Assembly (NCBI GenBank): GCA_002633005.1
Contig: NMRA01000929.1
Span: 32,210 to 96,209, forward strand
Length of the DNA stretch: 64,000 bases
Direction of reading: 5' to 3'
Source of the DNA: Phoronis australis
Taxonomy: Eukaryota > Animalia > Phoronida
Shown here: positions 25,501-37,950 of the stretch, one piece after another
Numbering within the stretch: the first letter of the stretch is position 1
Layout: each line of letters begins with the position of its first letter
Notes under the pieces: generated by a model
Told to the model about the DNA's origin: nothing
The model's database searches: none
Seen by the model: the letters and a program-made list of their open reading frames with translations, nothing else
Program-made: the position numbers and the translations under genes

Positions 25501-27175
25501 ACGTCTAGACCTGAAAAGCAGATCCTAACAACCCCCATATATAGCAAGTCCCCCCACCCCAGTGTGTGTACGACTGAATCGAGCCCAACACTTTTGCACA
25601 AATGTGTGACGGTAACCCATGAGCTTGAAAACAAATTTCCAATAAAAGCTCACCCCAATTTGTGGAGCCCAAAGGTTAGTACCAGAGTTTATATGGTAAT
25701 GCAAAGTATATGAAGCAATAAAAAGGCAAGAGCCCTCGTTGTATATTTTGTGCCCAATATCTCAATCCCACTTAGCCAACTCTCGCATTCAGTATAATGA
25801 TTGGCATCAGGTCAGAGTGACATGTACAAATCTTGGATGCAAAAGAGGGGCATTTATACTTGGAAGACATTAGTGTATGTATGCTACATTCTCATAATTT
25901 TGGGTGTGCAAAAATGAGGTGAGTGTGCGAAATAAGTGGAGAATTACTGTAACTGTGGTTTCAGGTAAGTTAACGAAAAACGTGCCAGAGGACCAACAAT
26001 TTTTAGTTGTTTACGTACTACCTGTATTACAGTAGTTTTTATTTTGAGCATATGGCATCAACACGCCATCCGTTATGGGGAAGAGAATCACTTGAGAGAC
26101 TGGTGTAAACAATATAGTTTACAGTTAGACCCTACTCACGCATGGTAATCAAATGAGATTCGACAAAAATAACATTTTGCACAACTGACTGTTATGTAAA
26201 GAGGGGCTGCAGTGGAAAGACTGGTGCTGGGTTGACTAACACTTTCTGGACGGTCATTCTCAGCAGCTAATGCTGATGGACTAGCAGATATGTCGTAACA
26301 ATTCACAAGCGAAAAATTTATATCGGTATAAACCAAGATTGCGAAATACCTTTACCATGATTACAGAGACATATAACCAACTTCGAATAACAATAATTAC
26401 GACAATAACCCTTTTAAATTTTTTTTTAATCTCTTACATTGTTGCTAGCGTCCAATTTGACTTGACAGACTTCACACCTACAGCACAAGCCAAAAGCATG
26501 CCGATGAAATAACTTATAATTCTCCGTCATAACGACTGGACGGAAGCCAAATTCATAGTAAGATTTCTGTAGTCTTCCCTTATGACCGAGAATGAAGGGG
26601 GATAAACAAGAAATATAGTAAGGTGGCAAAGACATTCTGTAATTAAAATTTCGTCGCCCTATTAGTTTTTAATAGTCATTTTAGCTACTGACTTAATAAG
26701 CCATCGAGATGGGAGTAATGGTATTTGGTCTGATTACTTTTGTCTAGTACTGTAGTATTTATACATGTGTCTGTAGACATTTACTTCCTCAGTGTTCTAT
26801 ACTCAACATCAATTCAGCGGCACTTACTTCATGCCACAATTTCCTTATTAGTAAAAGCAACTAAAATAAATTTAATTTTGACAATGCAGTAAGAACCTAA
26901 GCCGTAAAACGTACAAGTCAGCTCCTAATGTTGGATTAACTCAGTGCTTGCCTATGAATGCTAATGCCAGTTTGCAAGTGTTCAAAGAGGTGAACAATTC
27001 CTCCATGGAAACAATCTGATTAAGATGCCAGTGTAAGTGTACTATGCAATGATATTGTCTGGTAGCAACCATTGAAAATGGTAAAAGCATTACTTTAAGG
27101 ATATTTACAATTTTTAAAAAATTATGAAAAATTAATATAATATTAAACATTCATTTGCAAGACATATGTGTCCAA

Positions 27176-27614
27176 AACCGCATTTATACGAGATACAGAT
27201 GTCACCCGGCGCAGCTAACACGAAACAGCTGCTCCGGTACAAGTGTGTGCGTAAACACGGGTGACACGGAGCAAGTGACACCGCGGCGGCCAGTTTTTGA
27301 CACCAGTTTGATAGGTTGAGCTACTGACACTCGATCAGTTACACCAGTGTCAACTACACCTCTAAACACAACTGGGGCAGGGCGGAAATAGATAATCTTT
27401 CGATCCGCTTGCGCAATAGCGTATATTCGGGTGATCAGCAGGCATTCCACATGGTTTAGACATTCGCTATTATTGATGTGAGCATGTGCAGACAGTCTTC
27501 TTGTAAGTGTCTCACGCTGATTCCGTTTGCGATCTAATGTCATGTAAATGCAACTAAAGTGAAGTAAGTCGCACCGTGACAACTGACATTATTGTCTCTC
27601 GTGTAAAAGCGGCT
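27176..27614. mobile_element. Harbinger-like MITE family F
   Basis: Inverted ends ACCGCATTTATACGAGA / TCTCGTGTAAAAGCGGCT. Left arm is shared with 36660-36760. Confidence 0.7.
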
Positions 27615-29083
27615 CTATATTGATGAGAGTTTGAAATGCGTACATAGTTTGCCTTATTCACAATATAGGATTATGAAGGACCTTCGAATAATGTCCTAAT
27701 CTGACTAGCTTCGGAACATCATATCTTAGATATTGCTGATCGAATTTTCCGGGGTCCTACATAACATCAGATTACTCGTGTTTTTGCTAACAACGAAGGT
27801 GGGAGTGAAACTGCTAGCGTTGTTGCCAGTATGTGAATGGTCGCACAAATTGCAAGATATTGTAATTCTAATTCCACAATATTTACCAACAGTGTAGTGC
27901 ATTAGTCATTCACCTTTCAGGCTTAATTTTCCTGGGTCAAGTATATATTTATACCTGTTACTACTGAAACTTGGACAATAGTAACTAACCAGTTTGATAC
28001 CCATCATTCAGAGGATAAAATGGGTTCTCAAAATAAGTAAACACTGTACAAAGTGATTTTCCCACAAAAAAGATTTTCTGGTAATTTTTCTAAGATTGTT
28101 GTCATGCATTACTCCGTGTATGAACTCGCAATACGATTTGCAAAATGATGGTTTCTATGAACATTTCCACTAGTTTTCTATGATTTGTCACCTTTTTTCA
28201 TTTTCCATGACTTTTACATTCACAGGCACTATTTTTTTAGCTTTTCCTACTTTCTCCATAACAAATGGGAACAATGCAATAGTCGGGTCTGGCTTTCTTG
28301 AGATTTCGATGATACTCAGAAAACAGCTTTGCAGATAAATCATTGAACTTAACGCTTGAAATTTCCATAAGCCATTTTACCTTTTGGGAAACCCTGAATA
28401 AATGATATGTCTCATCAAATATCTAAGCTTACTTGAAACATAACTGAAAACTAAAATACAGCAAAAACTTAGCAATTGACTGTGACTTAGTAAGAATCTT
28501 CCTGTGGCCGTGGTAGACTGAACTGTCCCTCACCATGTGGATTAACTAAATTCAGCCAAATATTTACAAAACTACTGAGTTTAACTAAAGTATGTAAAGT
28601 ACATATTTTTTTAAAGTAGCCGGTGAGAGTTAGACGTTCGACTTAATACCAATCTGCAATTGATTTGGTCACATAATGTCTCCTTAATTAAAATTAATAA
28701 AGGTCTATGTACATAAAAATACAGCGGTATTAATAAGTGAACCAAATTCCATTTTATACAAACGTAAAAAAAACAAAAATCCCCTAAAAAGTTTTCTAAG
28801 TTAGTCTTTTGTTTTCATTTTATGTGACTTTTTCATCTTTTTTTCACAAAAATCCTACAAATCCGAATTTTTGATAACCTCTCAAGCCAGAAATGAATAC
28901 TTTGCAAGGAATTCTTTATAGCGTTGTTTGATGAGCAATGCATTAATTACAGTTTGTATCCTAATGGTCCATAGTAATTCATTCAGCCATCTCTGAGATG
29001 ACATTCCAAAGTAGTCCTAAGTCCCGTCCACTCAGCCAACCATAGAACTAAATGCACTTAGTGCAACTTCCCCCACTTTTAAG

Positions 29084-29383
29084 TGGAGCGTCCACTCACA
29101 CACAGGGTAAGGCGAAAGTTGTTGCTTTGTGCTCAACAATGAACACCTAATGCCATTACGGCGCACAAGAGAAAATGAGTCTGTATATAACCCCAGCTGA
29201 TAATTACTTCCGCCCTACCCGGCTTTTGCAGCCCCACAGCGATTACAAGTTACCACACCTTGATAATGTGGAGTGAGTTTCATTAATTTAAACGGCATCC
29301 AAACAACACTCAAATCTAGCAACAATTCGTTCCACGAGTACAGTAATTTGTTCTTGGCCCAGTCTGTGTGTGGGTGGCACTTC
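29084..29383. mobile_element. MITE with inverted ends
   Basis: CCACTCACACACAG / CTGTGTGTGGGTGG. Interior 29142-29240 matches 57385-57480. Confidence 0.55.
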
Positions 29384-32192
29384 CGGGGTCTCTCATAACT
29401 TTTAATGTCCGATCTCTTGTTTATTTAAGTATTTAACTAAAAATGTCTAAATTGTTGTTCCACTGTACACCTACAAAACAGAATTCCAAAAGTCAAGTAT
29501 TAAAGTCAATTTTTGATTTTTTTCTTTTTTGAAATTTTTGTACCATAAAATTGCAAAAGTTATCATTTTGATCGGAACTGGAAACCCTTTTCCCTACAGC
29601 ACACCAGAATGGTAACTGACTATAAGGAAAACAGGGCACATACCATCAATATTGCTCACCATTGCACAAAGCCCATTTGTCAATAGGAGCAGTAAACCAG
29701 GTGGCTGTATTGGTTTTGTCTCTATGATACACACAAACTTTAAGAAATGTGTTAAGGTACCAGTAGCCAGGTGGCGAGACTGTCTCATCCACAAGTCAGC
29801 TCACCTAGAACTGCCAAAAAACATGTCGTGGAAATCGGCAGGATTTCATGAGTCAGCTCAAAAATAGTTTTGCAGTGACAATTTACGAGAAATGGAAGCA
29901 GAAGAAATGAAACTCAGTTATCAAAAGCAGAAATGGTCGTGTGGCATAGCCAAATATAATAACAACGTTATGATTTTTTCACATGAGGTTTACATCAGTG
30001 CTTATTTTTATTTGAATTTATGATTATACTTTTTATCAAAAAGTGAAATTATGACTGAAAATTTTGTATTTGTCAAATCTCAAAAACAAAATGTTGTATA
30101 CATCCGAAGCAATGTCAACATCCAGCTCATCTCTAAGTTTCCAAATATTCACTTATAAATGCCTGTTCTTGGCCCACACCCCAATTTATAAGGCGAGACT
30201 TGCCTAAATATGCCTGTGTCTTTGTGAAATGCTGTATTGTGTGAATGAGATCTAGCAGCAACTTGCCTTATTTAGGCAAAAAATGCCCAACTTTCCCACT
30301 TTTTGACTCTTGCACGGAAGGGCCCGACAAAAATGTAACTCATTGCCGGGATGTTTACCTGAATCAACCATTTGGGTGAACAATGACCCCATTATAGTCA
30401 AGCATCCCAATTTAGTGCCTTGGACATTAATTTCAACTAGTACAGTACAAAAAAAAATAGTTAAAACTGCCTGTAGGCTTGTTGTTCTTTATTGACGATT
30501 TGAACTAGACCATGCGAAGCTTTAAAATAGTGACAACTTTTTTCAAGCAGCATTAAAAATAGCCTTTCAGAAAATCAAACAAAAAAAACAGAAAGAAACA
30601 AATGACTCCGAACATTTTTTTACCTTTTTCTCTAGTTAGAACTCAAGTTTATGACATAATCTATCATGAATTTCAAAAAAGAAAATTGAAAACAATCAGC
30701 TTTTCTACAGGAACCTTTTGTCAGGATTTAACTACTTTCAGATTAAGGCCACTTCCGCATACAAAATCGGATTCGTGTTGCTTCCTTGCTCAGTTTAGAA
30801 ATGATTTCAAGACTTGAGAAGGACTGACAGGCCATTATTGTTTCAAACCAAGCACGTGGAGTTAGTTATGGTGGGTTGGTGCTGTGGAAGCCATAAAGTA
30901 TTCAGTGTAATTACACCATGTTTCAAACCAAGCAATGGATAACAACACAAGGATGTTGCTTTGGAAGGCCTGCTATGCCTGGAAAGAAAGCCCTTTCATG
31001 ATAGTGACTTATTAAGACTTAACACAGAGAAATTTGGTTTTAGTCTCCCACTTGACAATTGCTGAAAAGGGTTTAGCAAAGGAAATAAGCCACATGGTAG
31101 CCTAGTAGAAATAATTCATAGATGTTATCTTAGCAACTAGCAGTTATGAGTATATTCTCAGAGACTTTAAACTTTTGCTCAAGTGCGATTTAATTATTTT
31201 TTAGATATAGTTGAATGGAGCAAGACCAAATTTCTGACTGAAGTCTTAGTGATTTTTCATGAGACCAACACCAGAGATGGGTTGCATAAACCTTTAATTA
31301 GAACTCATACCGCGGATAAGTTTGATTATAGTATGACGTCTAATGCATTTTTCAAGTCAATATCGCAACGCGACACGCCGTGATGATGATAGGTTACTGT
31401 TATTATTGAGAGTATCACTTTCATGCAATAAAGTGGCCATGGAGATGGTTTATAACAACTTAAAATTAACGTGTCTACAAAGAGCGAGAGGATTCCAATC
31501 ACTTCAGTAATTGTATTTAGCAAAGTAAGGCCATTGAACCCCAGTTTCAGTATTATTCCTATCAGATTCAGTCATTTCATAATCACAACTGTTACGTTTT
31601 CGATGTGGGATCAACATAATAGAAACAGGCAGAGTGAACAAGTACAGTGAATATTTGAAATTTCCCCATGAACTAGGTGAGTAATGAAATGAAATTATGA
31701 GGAGCACGAGTGACAAACGCATTTTCTGTGCACTTGAAATCATGTATACAAATTGCGAAATAGATCGATCTTTATATTCTGACATTTGATGACCACTAAG
31801 CATGTATTCCCCATGAAGGATTGCTATCGATGCCGAACAGCACGTAAGTGAATGATATTATTTTTATCTCATCTTGTTGATACCATTTCTTCGCGATCTA
31901 GTTCACTGCAAACACGAGCATTAAGTCCTGAAGGACCGCTTTGTAAAGCTTGACATTATGATTGATGTTTCAGGCTAAAGATGGTCAAAGTTGAGTACAA
32001 CATTTTTCAAGTTTTTGGATACGTTAAATTGTACTAAATAACAAAAAAACATTTTTTTCATCTTGATGAAATGTGGATTATGACAGATCATGAAAGAATA
32101 TCGTAATTATTCAATTATTCAGCACAAACATAATTGCCAAAACTGTCTTTTTCCATTTTTAAAAAAGCTGTTACAAATAGTGGAAACTTTAC

Positions 32193-35100
32193 CACATGTT
32201 GTTTTATGGCATCTTCACACAAAAAACCACACTTGAATTTCATTTGTTGGCCATATTGTCTGCTAAATAAGTGAAAAATTCCCACTTCTGCTTTAAGACA
32301 ATTAGGCAGTAAGAATGATGTAGGTAATTTACAAAACACAACGCGTTTTCCAAAGCCTATAGCACTTGTCTCTAAAACACTTTTATGCTAAGCCCTGGTG
32401 CACCTTGAAATTAGCGCAAATTTATGCATAAATCCTAAAATTGAATTGGCATGCAAGACACTTATTGTTTGCTCTTAAATGGCCATTAATAAAACTTGTA
32501 ATCCCTAGGAAAGCCCCCTTTTGCTAGCCAGTGTCTCTGCCTTACTATCAGTTCTCATTAAGTCACCTTTCAAAATGAGTGTCTGGTAACCCATAAATTG
32601 TCAAATTTGGGACAGTGAAAAAAAACGATATTTTGCTCAAGGTTGGAGCTAATAGAGCAAATTTTAGAAATTCACAATACTGGAGGTCAAAGTTCAAGAA
32701 TTACGAGAAAGGCGGCAAATACACACATTTTGCAAATTTATGTATTTATACGAAACAAGATTGTTAAGCAAAATGTGCCATGTCCACAATTTAAAAAATC
32801 TGATGAAGGCATGTCCAAATTCCAGAATCACGAAATTCAACCTCACCTTGGTGTTCCAAATTTATGAGTCTCCCCTGAATTGGTGAATTTTTACCAGTTT
32901 CAAGTATACTTTCAACTTTCAACCAGCTGCTCCAGGTAAATCTCAAAGTCAGGATGGATAGTGTTGTAGTACTTCCAAATATCGTACTTCTGTGAAGACA
33001 TATCTACAGTATATGGCTGCGCCCACAACAATTGCGTCTTAATGATGGGTTTTTCAACTAAAGTGACTCTGTCAACAAGCAGAAATCTGGAGGTGATTTT
33101 GATGCTTTTCCCTCAGTACATGACTTCAGTGATCAGGAACTGAAGTCTGATTGTATAAACACACATGCAAGGTGAACAGGACAAAGATGATTAGAGTAAC
33201 CAACAATTGGTAAAATCTTATCTAAAATTTAATTATTTTGAATGCAGATTCACGGGCCTAAGTGCAAATACAATAGGTGCATATCCATATGCTGACACAC
33301 GCACAAACATGAGCATGCGCAAAATGACATCAGCGACAACTAAAAGAAGACGAAGCAAATTTCTAAAGCATTACAGTAAAGCACTTGCCTTAAGAACCAG
33401 AGCAGAAACCCTTGGTATTATGGTAGGCACTATAAAAGCAAGAGGGTGAGTGATGTGTAATTAATCGCACTACAATCAGCACAAATGAAAGATGGGAGAA
33501 TTTCCACACAAGTGTTGTGATAAGATTTGTCTGAAGTGTACTACACAGAAGCACTGTTCTATTTTACTTTAAACAAGGTGAGCTTGAATTTAATGATACT
33601 GTCACTGAACGCGGTATCAGTCTGCGTGATATGCAGAAGAGTGGTTCATTCAACTTTACACAGGTATGGATTTTATGCACAAAAGCGGCAGCTGTACGGT
33701 ATTGTGTTTGATTGTATCTTTGACTATATGTTACATCTTTATAAGTGACGTGGCTGCAATATCAAACTTTTATTTGGAACAAATTTAATCATTCTTTGAC
33801 CTGATCTTTATGTCATTTGTATTTCAGTGAAGCCTTCATAAATGCTTTGATCCTGTTAAAATTTGAGAAAAATATGGTGAGCACCAAAACTGACAATATC
33901 CCAATCTTCAGTATCAAGATATTTCAATTCTGTCCTGAATTTAGGTGTCTAAAATTCTAGAAACTGCCTAAAAGTGGAGAATTTTTCCTGTAAGCAGAAA
34001 ATGCAAAATAATACATCGTCATAACACTGAGATATACCTCATGAAATCTACAAAATAAATAAATATAGCAGTTTGACATCAGAAGCCCAGACATGTTATG
34101 GCAACATATTTAGTATAATAGTAATCAGGGTTTTGCATTCAAGTTACTAATGTCTTTGAAGATTGCAGAATGCAATTACTGTTATCCAGGACTAGGGTAC
34201 ATTTCATCAACGGTAACGCATGCCCAGTCATAGCTAAAACAACCGCAAACGCATAACCACGAATACGACTGCATTTCTTTATGAGAGAAAAATGTTGAAA
34301 CTGTTAAGTTGACAATTTCTCAAATGTGGGACTTAACGTCAGTGCCTCATACGCCAGCTAAATGAACGTGGTGCAAATTGAAATCTAAGTTGCGACCGAC
34401 AGCATCCTCTTTGTTAAGTAGGACTAATGATCTTTGATTAAACTGGACCCAGGGTTACATAAAACTTCAAGCAGAACTAATATCCGCTGTATAAGTTTAA
34501 TTGTTGCTTTGTGTCATGCACTTTGTTCTATAGAAGCAGTGTGACTTGTGATAATTCGACAGTGTTATTGTTATCCTGCATGAAGCTTGTTCATAGCCAT
34601 GGTAAGTAGCCTATGGCAAAATTAGTTCAGAAGGGATGAGCTTCTGGTTAGCTCAGTTTAAATAAGATGTTAGGAGAAAATAACCGGTTTAGTTTTTTAA
34701 GAAGTCTTAGAATTATAATTTTCCGCTTAGACCAGCTTCAAATACTGTGGTAGCTATTGCTAGTAACCATTTGCAACAATGTTATCTCTTATTCTCACTG
34801 CAGAATTAACTTATAATATGTGTTTTGCGGCAAGTAACTTCAGACTTAAAGATAGAAATTTGGTTTTATGCTCCCAATTTGTAATTTCTGAAAAAAAAGT
34901 TACCATCACAATGTAGAAATTAATATAACAGAACGTATCTGTCATTCTCAGAGATTTTGCACTTTAGCTCAACGTGAAGTTACGCTATTTTTCAGAAATG
35001 GTTGCGTGGAGCGCAATATAAAATTTCCGACGTAAGTCTCGAGTCACTTTTCATGACACAGACCTGAGGTAAAAAAACAGGAAATTTTATTGCCACAACG

Positions 35101-37950
35101 AAATGAGTGCTTACATAACTATGACTTCTAGAAGCACTAAAAACAGGGTATTTAATCAACGAGAGCCAATTGACGTTGTATGCAATATTGACTGTTTAAG
35201 TTACATCTCAGGAGATTCTTTCAACCATATTATATGCAAAGATATCCCAAGGTTTCATTAACTTCAGTGTTCATAAGCACTACACTTAAACTCAATTTGT
35301 TTGATGTGTGCTAGCTATAATTGCATTGCTACCATTCAATCAAGTAAATTATTTCTGAAACACTTCCTTTTTTTATTAGTATCAACCACGATCCCCGTTA
35401 ATAGACTACTTTGACTAAATATTTAATCATGTAATTACAAGGTCAAGGCTACAACCTCCAAACTAACAGGACACGTTCATGATGGTGAAATTATTCAACT
35501 CAGGGCCAGAACAATTATTGTCTACACACCCCTATTCTCTGATTCCTACTTACGTACTTTGTGCGACTCTTGAAGAAAGTGTACGGATTTTGGCCCAATG
35601 TCCAAACTCCCATAGATGAAAGTGCTTGACTTCGTACATTATGGTTTTTTAGCAGGAAGGTCATGTAGAACACCTGTCTGCACAAACCGGCATTATGTAT
35701 GGTAGATGCACTCAGAGTCGTTCAGAACACGAAAAATCGCAGCATGTAGTAGACAGATGTTCAAACAACCATTGAGATTTCAACTTTTTCGCAAATTAAC
35801 TGCAAGGGCTAAAAAATTTACACAATGTTGTTAGGGGACAGTAGTACCATACAAAGAATATTAAAAAAAATTCGCAGCAACCTCTGTTAAGAAATACCAC
35901 CACGGAAATTTCACCTTTTTGGCCACTATGTCTTTACCTGAAGAATATCCAATGTTGCTTCTGAAAGCTTTCAATGGACAGTCAATAAGTTACACCACTG
36001 TTTACAGAGAAATTCGGACATTCAACTTTTTCGGCTATGTAAAACTAAACGATCATGGTCATTTCATTTACTATTAATTTACCACAAAATAAACATTTAA
36101 CACTGCATACGACATAGTAAAGCAGTAAAGCGACAACATTGAAGATGTAACAGAATCTTTTATTTAAAAATGTTGACAAAGTTTGTTCAGGTAAAAAATT
36201 ACTGAAATTTCAAGGGACATTATTGGTGAAAAAGCTTTTCTGAGATCAGTCTCAGTGCAGAACCGAGCCTGCAAACCCCCAGTCTCAGTCTAACACTCAG
36301 GTGGCAGATGTCCATAAATGGCAGGGTATTTATAGTGTATTTATAGTGTATTGAACTGGTAAAGTCTTGATTAGCAGAAAACTACTGAATTGGTGATTTT
36401 TTATAAAATACAACAACACAATGAATTTTGCAGTTTTATAGATGAAACCTAATACCTTCACGAAGTGTGTCCACGCAACAACAATCTCAAAAATGTATTT
36501 TTCGTCACAAAACTGATAACATCCATCCGTTTAAAAGTAAAAGTTTATGATACTTTACGAAGTTGTTGACAAAGCCAAACTATTGCCTGCAACCCTTCAT
36601 GTCAGAATAAGTTAGAGATGGCAATAAGGGTACTGTAAAGTTGCCTTTACAAGAAAGACAGCTGACACAGAGCAGCTAACACCGAACAGCTGCTCCGGTG
36701 CAAGTGTGTGTGTGTGTAAACTCAACAGGAAGTGAGTGACACCACAGAGGCCAGTTAATGTGACACCTCTCAAAAACCGCCCACGGTGACAACTTGCTCT
36801 GTAGAAGGGGTGTTTACACACATACTTGCACCTGATCAGCTGTTCTGTTTCAGTTGTTCTCTGTCAACTGCACCTCCTACTTCTAACATTAGTCAGACAA
36901 GTCTGGGCAATTTATCACACCCCTCTCACTGAGCTTCTCAATTGTTTTACATTTGCACTTGTTAATGCCACTCACCACTGCAGCAGCAAAACTTCACTGG
37001 CATCAGAATTATAAATGGCAAGCTAATCTAAGTGCAAAGCAGTAATATCGCAGGCAAGACTGCATTGTACAACTGTGAGGCATTAGTACCCCACACATTG
37101 TACAACTGTGAAGCATTAGTGCCCCACATGGACACATGCAGCATTGTGGGTAAAAATGCAGAACCGAAGGGGATGTTTTGGTATTTTGGGAAGTGGTAAC
37201 TTCCAATTGCACCTTCATCAAAGGTGAGGACAGAACTGGCAGCTCAGGGTAAAGGATCTGACACAGTCACTAAAGTCATACTGATGAGTCAAATATCCCA
37301 CGAATTTCATGAACCACAAATGAATATGTCCTCAACTGTCAATGACTGTGCTCAGGTGGACTTGCGGTCACGTAATGAAGTTCCCACCTTAGGTCGAGTT
37401 ATACAATGTCATAAATGTCAGAAAGATCGTACTGACCTTGTCGCCTGCTTCCTTCAACTGGCTTCTGGGTATCCAGTCTTTTCCTTCCGGTATCATGAGC
37501 AAACATTTTTGGCATTATCGCAGTCTATGACATATCATTCTGAGGATGACCCCCAGCCCTTGGTTGAAAACATTGATTGTAAGTACTCGAATGCGTCTCA
37601 TGAAATTTACCGAATAAAAGACCTGCCACTCTTCTTTGTTAATCCTACATAGCCATGAGATGTGCATTTGAACATTTCTTTCCATCACAATCGTATGCAC
37701 AATTAATAACTCATCTATGCATCTCAATCAGTTTGCATCAAGTTTTATTTAAACCGACACGTGTGAGAGGTATGCCACCATACTTTTGGACATGCCCAGA
37801 ACTTGGAATGCAAGGGTAGAGTAACGCTAGGACCTCGCCAGAAAAGCAAGACTTTGCAAGATATTGCCATGTATTTTGAATGAAAGCATGTGATTTTGGG
37901 TAGATTTTTCTTGCCGCGAGACAGCTACTGGGGATATTCAGATAATACAT
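32193..37950 (-). pseudogene. Decayed multi-exon gene; reconstructed protein has tyrosine-recombinase-like motif spacing (identity unconfirmed)
   Basis: Phase-compatible exons: 36203-36381 (11-bp duplication), 35938-35997, 35554-35673 (fully open), 33389-33429 (GC donor) and 32847-33146 (7-bp duplication). They join to ...WCNLLTVH*KLSEATLDILQ|VFYMTFLLKNHNVRSQALSSMGVWTLGQNPYTFFKSRTKY|CLP*YQGFLLWFLR|LQFLITEVMY*GKSIKITSRFLLVDRVTLVEKPIIKTQLLWAQPYTVDMSSQKYDIWKYYNTIHPDFEIYLEQLVESILETGKNSPIQGRLINLEHQ. Upstream are exons around a 49-bp intron (37388-37436) and 36559-37027, the latter split by a MITE. Outer limits approximate. Confidence 0.65.
36640..36870. mobile_element. Fold-back MITE related to family F, inserted in a pseudo-exon
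   Basis: Arms CAGCTGACACAGAGCAGCT..GGTGCAAGTGTGTGTGTGTAAAC and GTTTACACACATACTTGCACC..CTCTGTCAACTG. Confidence 0.75.

Larger units (their letters stand above)
26138..29870 (-). pseudogene. Cluster of exon-like minus-strand segments (unidentified decayed gene)
   Basis: Segments with AG and GT/GC bounds and protein-like translation: ~29805-29860 (ELTHEILPISTTCFLAVL|GTGAG), ~29659-29721 (DKTNTATWFTAPIDKWALCN|GTGAG), ~28960-29048, ~26952-27057 (QYHCIVHLHWHLNQIVSMEELFTSLNTCKLALAFI|GCAAG), and 26438 upward (CEVCQVKLDASNN|GTAAG). Confidence 0.35.

Noticed and set aside
37224-37652. 142-aa plus-strand ORF
   Set aside because: No recognisable motif; it is the antisense shadow of the minus-strand pseudo-exons.
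32847-37700. Frequent in-frame TGA suggesting selenocysteine or a variant genetic code
   Set aside because: TAA and TAG stops, frameshifting duplications and a MITE insertion occur in the same exons. CGA-to-TGA decay explains the bias.
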